This document shows positions 1 to 9,436 of a DNA stretch of 64,000 nucleotides, piece after piece; position 1 is the stretch's first letter, and each line of letters starts with the position of its first letter. The translations under genes were made by a program, and so were the position numbers. The stretch is from Klebsormidium nitens (lineage: Eukaryota > Plantae > Klebsormidiophyceae): positions 1 to 64,000 of the forward strand of contig DF237246.1 of NCBI GenBank assembly GCA_000708835.1, read 5' to 3'. Under the pieces are notes generated by a model. That model was not told where the DNA came from and ran no database searches. It was given only the letters and a program-made list of their open reading frames with translations.

Positions 1-1552
1 TTAACCCCCTGGTCAACCTCCCGGTCGGGCTTAACCTGCCGATAACCCGCTGAGTACGATCGCCGTTCATCTGAAGGAGAAGGTGAGGGTTCCATTGATT
101 CGACCGTTGCAATTACGGAGAAGCACATTTACTATGCGTGGGTCGGACAAAAAGGGGGGACGCACGCGGCGCTGTGGGGATTGGTCCCAATGCTGCCCCC
201 CGCCGCGCGCGCACGCGAAACGATGGCCGCGATGACGGCGGCAAACCTGGCGCTGCTGGAAAAGGACCAGGAGGAGCTGAACCGCATGCTCGTGCTTGCA
301 TTGAAGGTACGCCAGTTTACAAGTTCTTTCCGTTCATTGCGTCGGGAGAAAGGTTTTCTTCCGTCTGTATGTGAAAACTGACCAATCCTTTGCGTGGCCG
401 GATTCTGTATCGCCTTTTCCAACAATTAATTTCTGTACGTCGACAGCCGTGATGACCGGTTTTCTGACTTTCTTTACCTGATCTGGCCTCGTAAAGTCAG
501 CTCTCCGAAACACGGTCAAAAGGCCCGTGTACTCGGTGAACGGTCGTAGTTGGGGTGAGTTCCGAGCTTTTCGAAGGTTCCGTGCTTATGCAAGCGGCAA
601 AGCGGGCGGCAGCCTTTGGAGAGCTTTTATGTTGTTCTTTATGTCGCTTGATGATTTGTTGGGGTCGGCCTATTGCAAATCGGCCAGTTGCTTCTTGGCA
701 AATGAACGAAGCCCACTCAGAAATCGCGTTAAATGGTGCCAACCTTCACCTTCCCGAAGTTCGAAGCATACAAAATATTGCTCTTCAAGCGGCGCGACTG
801 CAGTCTGGCCCTATCCGACGGGTATCCGACACGCTGACTTTCTCGATCCGTTCCAAGACGCGTATTAGTTGAGTTTTCTTTTGGATCCAGCCCCGTTGGG
901 GGTCTCGTAATTGGGCCCAAAGCAAGACCCCTTTTGTAGGGAGTGCTTCTGAACAGAGATACCAGGCTTGTAATCTTAACACAGAAACACTTGGAAACCT
1001 GATTCTGGACCAGTTTAATCTCCATCTTATTCTGACCCGCAGCTGTACCGGGTCAAGTCGCGGGGTTCCGTAACCGTCACCTCCACCGACGCGGCCGCCG
1101 AGCCAACAGTCGACTTCGCGTACTTCACCCACCCGGACGACGTTTCGGACGGCATCGAAGGCGTCCGCATCCTCAAGGCCGTCCGTGACTCCCGCGCCCT
1201 GACCCCCCTGAAGTGGGAAAAAGTGCCCGGGACGCTCCTCCGACTGGTTCCCGACCTGGCAAACCTCCCTCCTGGGGCGTACCGGGGCGCCCTGCCGCTG
1301 ATCCCTGACCTCGACGACGAGTCGGCGGCTACCACGTGGCTGAAGGCTGACGTGTGCACGAGCTGGCACATGCACGGCACGTGCCGGGTGGGGGAGGTTG
1401 TAGATGAGGAGCACCGGGTGAAGGGCGTCGGGGGACTGCGCGTCATGGACGCGTCAGTCTTCCGCGACTCCCGGGGGACTAACCCCATGGCCACCATCAT
1501 GGCCGTCGGGCGGGCGTTCGGCCTGCGGATGCGGAAGGAGCGGGGCACGTGA
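1..1552 (+). CDS. GMC (glucose-methanol-choline) oxidoreductase, HOTHEAD/mandelonitrile lyase-like, 3' part (copy 1); gene starts upstream of the window; two apparent -1 frameshifts near 38 and 83
   Basis: Exons <1-306 (PLVNLPVGLNL[A]DNPLSTIAVHLKEK-EGSIDSTVAITEKHIYYAWVG...NRMLVLALK, donor AAG|gtac) and 1043-1552 (acceptor cgcag; LYRVKSRGSVTV...VDFAYFTHPDD...SWHMHGTCRVGEVVD...LRVMDAS...GTNPMATIMAVGR, TGA). The WHxHG and TNP motifs are the GMC C-terminal His/Asn catalytic pair. The frame only matches copy 2 if one G is restored at about 38 and one at about 83. Confidence 0.85.
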
Positions 1553-1900
1553 ACGGGTGACGTCAGCGAAAGCGGCTCGCTTTGGTAGGAGATCTGCGAG
1601 AGTGCACCCAGTGCTCAAGAGTAGAGAGTTGGAGACTGGCGGCGCAACCTGAGCTTGGAAAGTGCTTGATTCAACACAACGCTTGTCCACTTAGCATCTG
1701 CGGGTGACGAAACTTTACTAGGGACTGTAACGGCTTGTAAAAGCGGATTTTGAGCACAATACTGTAGTGTCTTGGAGCAAGGAGTGAGTCGGGTCTTCCT
1801 TGAGATTGGACGCTTCAACGTGGATGACGTGGACAAGGTCGATTTCGATACGACAAAGCCGACGGTCCTAAGAAGGTCGGAAAGTCGACACGCCTGGGCC
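1..1900. repeat. Left arm of a large inverted duplication (partner about 3655-5460 and onward)
   Basis: The exons, the 0.73-kb intron (307-1042 vs 4431-5153) and about 350 nt of 3' flank align in reverse complement with copy 2. Example: 1854 caaagccgacggtcctaagaaggtcggaaagtcgacacgcctgg vs the reverse complement of about 3670-3716. Confidence 0.92.
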
Positions 1901-4900
1901 TCTTCGACCAAAAGAAACGGCATCTTGGATCAGTGAGGCCGTGGCGGCTTGCTTGTAACTGTAGAACTGCAACCTTGAATTGGCCTCTACGCAAGCCCGG
2001 CTGCTGCCGCGGCTTATACACATCTGTGTGACCTGATACTGGTTCAATCTCTACGTGAGGTCATAACTTCAACGGCCTGTGTCGTCAAGACGGATCGATC
2101 CTCTGCAAAGGAACGCGTGCGCGCCCTCTCGCACCAGACAATCATTACCATTGTCGCCCTGATTACATTTAAGTAGCCCACAGATATGAAAAGGGTGTGT
2201 TTCTCAGATTCAAAACTTGGTCCCTAGCATGAAAAGCATGCGCAATGGATTGCGATTTTCCGTGGTATGGCATCGTTTGACATTCACTGTCGTGAAGCAT
2301 AGCTTGACACAGGATGCTTCAAATAGCTATGCTTCACGGCGGGTCGCGACATTCCATAGCTGTGATCGTTTTCGTCTCATCGTGTATGCAGCATGTTTGA
2401 CCGCGCCGAATCGATGAATCGATCATTCAGCATATGTGCATATTTGACAAGCGCGCTCCGGCGCAGGTGCACGTTCCGCTAGATATAGAGTCGAGCCATA
2501 AAGCTGGCCATGCGCGTCTATACGTGCACATGCAACAATCTGATCAAGCCTGGCGTGATTGGTATCGGTACTTGTACAAGCCCGCGGATGCGGGCGGCCA
2601 CCATGCAGGCCTGGCGCGCCCGCGTGAAGCTACCGTCCGGCCACTTAATCCGTCGGATCAATGCTGCTTGTTAACTACTGTGCAGAAACATTTCATATGA
2701 GTCCAATCCCTCAACGCTGCCAAAACGACTTAGGCCCCTTGCGTGCGAGGTGCCATCCTTTGATGCCACTGCTCAGGGCACTAGCACGGACATGTAACAC
2801 CTGCGGACCGAACCTGACCGAAGACTCTGGCATAGAAGCACCGATTTGAATAAAGCCAACTATAGTAGTGGTCCTCAGCTCATAGATGGTGATCCAAACG
2901 TTGGTTGCTCAGCCGGGCCTCACGGCAGACAGATTGTGCAAATGCATTACGTGGTCGGTTTCGTGGTTCCATATGTAAGCATTCTCTCGATCATGATACC
3001 ATGAGCGGCTCCGTCCTTTATGTTAGAATGATGAGTGGAATTGAATGAACTGCTTTGACGGGCTTCTACCAAGCACGCTGCAAAGCTTACGAATAGATAG
3101 GTTCATATAAAAAGATCTGATGTCACACGTGTACGTGGTCCTACCTTAGAAGCTAGGGTTCAGCTTCATACTGGAAATTTAGTAGACTAGGTAATGTACA
3201 AGGCACGTGGTTCTGTACAACTCGAGAGCTCTAAACAGTTTTCGCTGTGGACTCAATTCATTAAACTACAACCATACATGCAGCTTGCAAGGAGCCGAAC
3301 AGGTCCCCGACTCGAAACACGTCAAGAGCTGCGTCGCTCCTCCTATTGCGTGTCCTCGATGCAACATCACTTCCAACCGTTCAGGCTCCCAATACCGCCG
3401 CTGCGTCTCTTGGCTGCCCACCAGGGCACGAGGCTAGAATGCGCGGAATCCCAAACCGCACCCCTAGGCCTGAAGGCAAGAGGCGGGGCTAAATCAAACC
3501 CTGAGGAATATGGCGAAGATGGACGACCGACGAGGAGCCGGAAACATGTATACCGGAGTCGGATCAACGTGCTGACAAGGGAGGTGTATATTCGGCAGGC
3601 TCCTTCAATAGAGGCTCACGGCCACAGTGGTATAAGATACCTTTCCTATTGAGCGGGAGAGGCCCAGGCTGCGCCAGGCGTGTCGACTCTCCGACATTCA
3701 AAGGCCCGTTGGCTTTGTCGTATCGAAGTCGACGGTGTCCACGTTGAAGCCTCCGATTTGAAGGAAGACCCGCGACTCGAAGAGTCTCAAGTTCCGCTTC
3801 TCCGAGCCATTTCAGTACTAAGACTACACCGCGCGGCCATTTTCCAACTCTCTACTCTTGAGCACTGGGTGCACTCGCGCAGCAGTCTCGTACCAAAGCG
3901 AGCCGCTTTCGCTGACGTCACCCGTTCTCGTGCCCCGCTCCTTGCGCATCCGCAGGCCGAGCGCCCACCCGACGGCCATGATCGTTGCCATGGGGTTAGT
4001 CCCCGGGGAGTCGCGGAAGACCGACGCATCCATGACGCGCAGTTCCCCGACGCCCTTCACCCGGTGCTCCTCATCCACGACCTCCCCCACCCGGCACTTG
4101 CCGTGCATGTGCCAGCTCGTGCACACGTTCTCCTTCAGCCACGTGGCAGCCGCTGACTCGTCATCGAGGTCGGGGATCAGCGGCAAGGCGCCCCGGTACG
4201 CCCCGGGGGGGAGGTTCGCCAGGTCGGGCGCCAGCCGGAGGAGCGTCCCGGGCACGTTTTCGCATTTAAGGGAGTTCAGGGCGGACTCACGGCTTTGAGG
4301 ACTCGGACGCCCTCAACGGCGTCCGAAAAGTTGTCCGGATGGGCGAATAGTACGCGAAGTCGACTGTTGGCGCAGCGGCGGGGTCGGTGGAGGTGACGGT
4401 CACCGCCCCCCGGGACTTGACCCGGTACAGCTGCGGGCCAGGATGAGATCGAGATCAAACCAGTCCGGATTCGTGCTTGCTAATTGTCTGTGTTCGGATG
4501 ACAAGCCAGGTATTTCTCGTGATAAGCACTCCCACAAAAGGGGTCTTGTCTTCGGCCCAACGGGGCCCCCATCGGGGCCGGATGCAGAAAGAAAGTGGGC
4601 TGCGTTTTATACCTGATTTAGCAAGTCAGCTGTAGGATGGGGCCCGACTACAACTGCGCCGCCCAAAACGCAAATGACTATATGCATCGGACTTTGTAAA
4701 GGTGAAGGTTGGCACCGCTTAAGGGAGATTTGAAGTTAGCAACGATCATTTGCCAAGCAGCAACTGCCCGGTTCGCAAATATAGGCAGACCCCAACAACC
4801 CGTGGAGCGACATGAAGAACCATATAAAAGATCTCCGAAAGCTGCCGGCCCGCTTTTGTGGCTTGCATAGGCATGAACCTTCGAAAAGCTCGGAACTCAC

Positions 4901-5459
4901 TCTAACCACGAGCGGTCACGCAGCACTCGGACCTTTTGACCGTGTGTCAGAGAGCTGACTTTACGAGGCCAAATTAGAAACAAGAAGAATGGAAAAGCCG
5001 TCATCACGGCTGTCAAAATACAGGTAAATTTAGATTTAGAGGCAACGATACAAAAATCGGCCAACCGAGCAGTCGGTCAGTTTTCACAACCAGAAGGAAG
5101 ACAGCCTCCCCCCCAGGTTACAAAGAAAGGAAAGAATTTGCGAACTGGCGTACCTTCAATGCAAGCACGAACATGCGGTTCAGCTCCTCCGGCTGGTTCT
5201 CTTCCGGCAGCGCCAGGTTTGCCGCCGTCATCGCGTCCCTCGCTTCGCGCGCGCGCGGGGCGGGGGGCAGCATCGAGACCATTCCCCACAGCGCCGCATG
5301 CGTCGCCCCTTTTTGCCCCAGCCACGCTTGAAAATATGCTTATCCGTAATCGCAACGGTGAGTTAACGGACCCCTCATTCTTCTCCTTCAGCTGGACCGC
5401 GATCGTATTCAGCGGGTTATTGGCCAGGTTAAGCCCGACCGGGAGGTTGACCAGGGGGT

Positions 5460-5525
5460 AAAGTCCCAGCTTAACCAGCGCCCCCGCGGGGCAAAGTCCC
5501 AGCTTTTCCAGCGCCCCCGCGGGGC
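5460..5525. repeat. 33-bp in-frame tandem duplication inside a GMC copy 2 exon
   Basis: aaagtcccagcttaaccagcgcccccgcggggc followed by aaagtcccagcttttccagcgcccccgcggggc; encodes PAGALEKLGLC/PAGALVKLGLY. Confidence 0.95.
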
Positions 5526-8500
5526 CGATTCCGCTCAGGACGAGCAGCTGGGGGGGGCCCACCGTACCCGCGCACAGGATGACCTCACCAGGGCCGAAGG
5601 TGACGTCAGCGCGGCGGGCGGCGTTATCGGCGGCCGTGAAGTCGACGCCCACCGCCTTGAGGTCGCCTGAGGAGGATCGAGAAATGTCATAGATTCCTGA
5701 TGGGCCTCACTGCTCGAGCGGTACCCGCTTACGTCTTCTCGACAGGGGTGCCCGGGGTCGGTTTCCCTGGGCCGAAGTGAGCGGCGAACCGGTCGGCTAT
5801 TCTGGGCTATGCTGAACTCCCCTTGGTTTCACACATACATATATTTTTTGGTTACCTGTCCAGCTGACGAGCTCGCATTACCGAAGATGTGAGTGCACGA
5901 TGCACTCCGTTGGACTTCAAGAAGGGAGAAAGGAAACATCGAGACGTCTGGCTGTCTAAGTGAGCAGTAGAGGGCTGCTCTGAGGTTTCAAAACGACTGT
6001 CGCTATCGCTACGAAGAAAAGATAACTTTGAAAGCGGAAAGGGATTGTGCTGGCTTCGACACCAAGAGCAGATGCTTTCTAGAGGAAGCCAAAGTCATCA
6101 GATCTTGTCCAAGCAGTCGTGCTCTCGAACCCTCATCCATTAAACCGCCGTTAGTAAACTCCGCTGAAATCTTGTAACAAAAGTGACCCCGAGGACGTCT
6201 CCGCACAGACAAATGCAGGTTGTACGAACTTACCGTCCGTATGGGTGATCCGGACCTTGGACACGAGTGCTCGGGTAACGATGTCGACGTTGTCCAGTCC
6301 AACCAGCAGCTCATCAGTGGCGCGACGTTTCTGATCCCAGGTCCACGTCCGCATGACAGTCTTGATGCGGCGCTGCGGACAAGAAGCCCACATTCATGAA
6401 GCCATCGTTTGCGAGCGCTGCGACTGTTCTGGCTAACGGTGGCAGCTGTAGAAAACTCGAGTTGCGTTTGGCAAACGGAGAGAGGACGCAAGCTAGTGTA
6501 CGAGGACTCAAGCTCGGTGCAGAGACTTGCCGAGCTGTTTCAAAATGAGGGTAATCTGGGAACGATTTGATTCAGAAGTAACTTTGCACGAACGACGGTT
6601 TTGCGGCGCTGATTCGATCAAACTAGAGACGGTTCGATTAATCTGAGAAGGAAAGCCGATCTCCAAGCTCGTCTGCCATTGTCATGTAACGAAGCGATGG
6701 GAAGGCGTACGTCGCTCTTCGCTTTTGACCTGTTGTTATGACGAGAGTCGTAAATGCAGAGACTGATGCTCCGATAAGAGGAGACACTGCTTTGAAAGAG
6801 CACTTACGACGTGCTTCGGGGTGATCCCCCGTTCGGGTCCAGTCCGACCTCCTCCCAGGCCTTGTGGGCAGCCATTTTCACCGGGCCATTGATGTCCGGG
6901 TGGGTCAAGCGGGCGCCCAGGTACTCGTCCGTGCTCCGAATCGCATCGGGATCCAACCCTTCCTCCCGGATGTTCTTCGCCAGTTGCATGGCCCCACACG
7001 CCGTGGTTGCCCGAGGTGCCCCCACCCAAGACCTGGAAAACCGGACCGGTTTCGAGACGTGAGATGGATAATTTTTGGATCAAGAAAGTGGCAAATTACG
7101 CCAGGAAGAGAGCTGGTCACTATCAGATCTTCTACCCCAGGTTCATTGGTCAGCTACTCTGAGATTTTGCGAAGAGTTTCTGTGATGAGAATGGTTTCAG
7201 CTTCGAAACTGGCTGGGGCTAGCCGGAACCGATCAAGTTGGTCGCAAGATGCTCTATCGCAAACGGGATGACATTGAAGAAAAAATAGATCTTGAGAAAC
7301 TTTGTTTGTGAGCTGAACTCTGAGAACCTGGTAGAGGCTCACGTTGCCTCTGGCGAACCAGACCCCATTTGCTTCGCGAGACAGCTGGAGGGCCTCGCTA
7401 TTGGGCAGATCGAACCAGCCGAGCTGGGTCTGCATTGCACACGGTGAGAGTCGTTGGAAGTGGCGGCGCGCGCATGCCCAAAGGTTGTGGAGATCATTTT
7501 CTGTCTGGCTGGCCTTTCTGAATACGCTTCAACAACAGATCCAACAGTCAAGGACCAACACAAACAAGCGGTCCTTGGCAGAGTGAAGATTGAGCGTAGT
7601 TTACAAAGCACACGTGCACTCCAGAGCAGATGAGAGCGCAGAGTTCCTTTCAGATGTGGTCGAAGCGAAGTACCTCCGGCGAAGCCTCACCCAGGTCTCT
7701 GGGTACTTTTCCCGAGATGCTCCCCTCTCGAGCAGCAAGATTTTCAAAGACTTGTCCTCTGCCAAAGCGGCAGCCAAAGGGCAGCCCCCCGCACCTCCCC
7801 CCACAATGACGTAGTCATACGTCGTGCTTGAGACCCTGTCCAGCCCTTCCACAGGCACGATGTTGAGGCTTTCAGGGAAGTGGGCTGTCGAGAGGAGGAA
7901 AAAGAAGGAGTATGTGATTCGACTAAGTGCATCCTCTGGGCAGTCTGAACTTCACTTGTGGAGCTGTAGTCCGCATGGTATAGAGCCAGCTAAACTTGTG
8001 TGCCTGAAGTGGCTCTCGAAGTCAGGGATTGAGAAGTTTGTGCCATAGGCTCTGTACATAGAAACAAAAAACCGAAGCTCTCTCTGTCGAGACAGTTTCC
8101 TTTTTCTGCATAGAGCTTTGAAGATGATATTTCAGAACCAAATTCTCTTTGCTGCTTTCTCTTTGAAGTGCGCTCTAGTCCTGCTACGTCCTGATTTTGG
8201 CTTCGTTACAAAAAAGTTCAAGCTAGGTTCAGGAGATGCTTGATCGATCTACACTCACAGAATAGAGGTCCAAGTTTGCAAGTCTGAAGGAAGATGTTCA
8301 GCGTTACTTCGACTGTATGTACAGATCGCATTTCCTGAGCGCCACTTACCTGCAACGGGGTGCCGCCCTGTTCATGGCCTTCGTCGTCGACATCAATCGG
8401 CTGTCGGGAGTTCATTTGCACCGGCTCTTTGAAGACAAGCCGCCACTGAATGCAGCTTGAAATTCCGAAAATCGTCGTTCACAACTTTCGTTGCCAACAC

Positions 8501-9061
8501 TATTTTGCATCTCGAATTGCTTTTAAGCTGGCAAGGAGGAACAGGACGGAACGGTAGGCGAAGACCGGAGACTTCGGAATCCTGCGTTTACGGTGATTTG
8601 AGCAGGCATAACGCAACCAGGGAGACCAGATGCGAGGAAGCGGTGTATGTGGAAGGTAACGACGAGGGAAGGGCTTTAAGAGCGTCCGATTGGATATTAA
8701 TGCGTAATTGTGGTGTGGGCGGACTCTTGCAAAAAGCTGCTTCGATCACAATGCTTCCAATGACTCCTGAATTCGAAGTGGCTATACTGGTAAAAAAGCC
8801 TGGCGTGGTTTGATCAGTGCTGCGCGCGCCTAGGAATCTGCATTCTTAGCACAGGAGTGCGCGGGGAGTGCGCATGGTGCGGCTTCGTGCGCGCGGCCTT
8901 TGGCTTATTGGCTTTCTGGCTTCCGTGGTAAAAGATGAATTAGGGCTCCCCGCTGTATTCAACACTGAGAGGTATCAGAAGATGCCATGATGACTTCTCC
9001 AAAGAACGAAAGAACGATCGGCTGCATCCTTCTCGCAGTGAAGCTTTGAATCTCAAAGCCG

Positions 9062-9093
9062 TGGATCTCCTTCTCATGGATCTCCTTCTCATG
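9062..9093. repeat. 15-bp perfect tandem duplication (tggatctccttctca x2)
   Basis: Seen directly in the sequence; a related gatctcttca x2 lies at 9980-10001. Confidence 0.9.
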
Positions 9094-9187
9094 TACTTAT
9101 CTGACGGTTGCGAAATGTCTTGCCACGGGACGGTCAGCGACATGCGAGTCTCATCGTACGGACGAACTAATGCCACGACTTACCCAT

Positions 9188-9436
9188 TTTGAGCAATGAA
9201 TCGTACGGGCTTGGATAGTCAACGGATTAACGGCGGGATGTTGACGAGAGACGTGCACAGTGCATACAGACCGTGCACGCGGCCGTGCACGCGTCTAGCT
9301 CTGCAAAGTGCAATCATTCGACTGATCATTGCACACTGTTGGCGGCCGACTCAGGCAAACAACCTTGCGCCGGCGCCGGCGGAGACTCGAGCGAAGCCGA
9401 AGGGGCCCGCCGCCCAAGCAAAACTCTCGCCTGTAT
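9188..9436. promoter_or_regulatory. Putative short bidirectional promoter between GMC copy 2 (-) and the FAD monooxygenase (+)
   Basis: About 250 nt lie between two phase-compatible candidate first exons (ATG 9187 on -, ATG 9437 on +). The segment holds three GTGCAC, including tandem ccgtgcacgc x2 at a 12-nt period. Both start exons are tentative. Confidence 0.4.

Larger units (their letters stand above)
3926..9187 (-). pseudogene. GMC oxidoreductase copy 2, inverted paralog of copy 1, multiply disrupted
   Basis: Exons on -: 9187-9184 (tentative, aaaATGG|gtaagt), 7884-7691 ([36 protein letters not shown]-binding motif), 7429-7343, 7032-6808 (VLGGGTS), 6372-6234, 5666-5154 (EVILCAGTVGPPQLLVLSGIGP), 4430-3926. 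Lesions: compensating +1/-1 pair in 7032-6808; -1 near 5360; -1 near 5330; +2 near 4348; -7 near 4285; stop TGA changed to AGA at 3926-3928; 33-nt tandem duplication. Confidence 0.88.

Noticed and set aside
785-1548. Antisense ORFs 785-1414 and 1027-1548, and the mirror ORFs 3680-4156 and 3858-4298
   Set aside because: These are shadow frames of GC-rich GMC exons, with no independent motifs.
3194-3652. 152-aa ORF in the spacer
   Set aside because: No recognisable motif, splice context or codon bias. Only the short overlapping CPRC peptide in another frame was kept, as a weak lead.
8341-8421. Donor gcag|gtaagt on - near 8350 as the GMC copy 2 first exon
   Set aside because: The frame needed for phase 1 has a TGA a few codons upstream and there is no good acceptor. 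The 9187 ATG fits better, though neither is proven.
8986-9105. C/D-box snoRNA-like ATGATGA...CTGA pairs here and at 21778-21856 and 30640-30735
   Set aside because: The terminal stems are weak and I could not recognise any rRNA-complementary guide of 10 nt or more; such boxes occur by chance.
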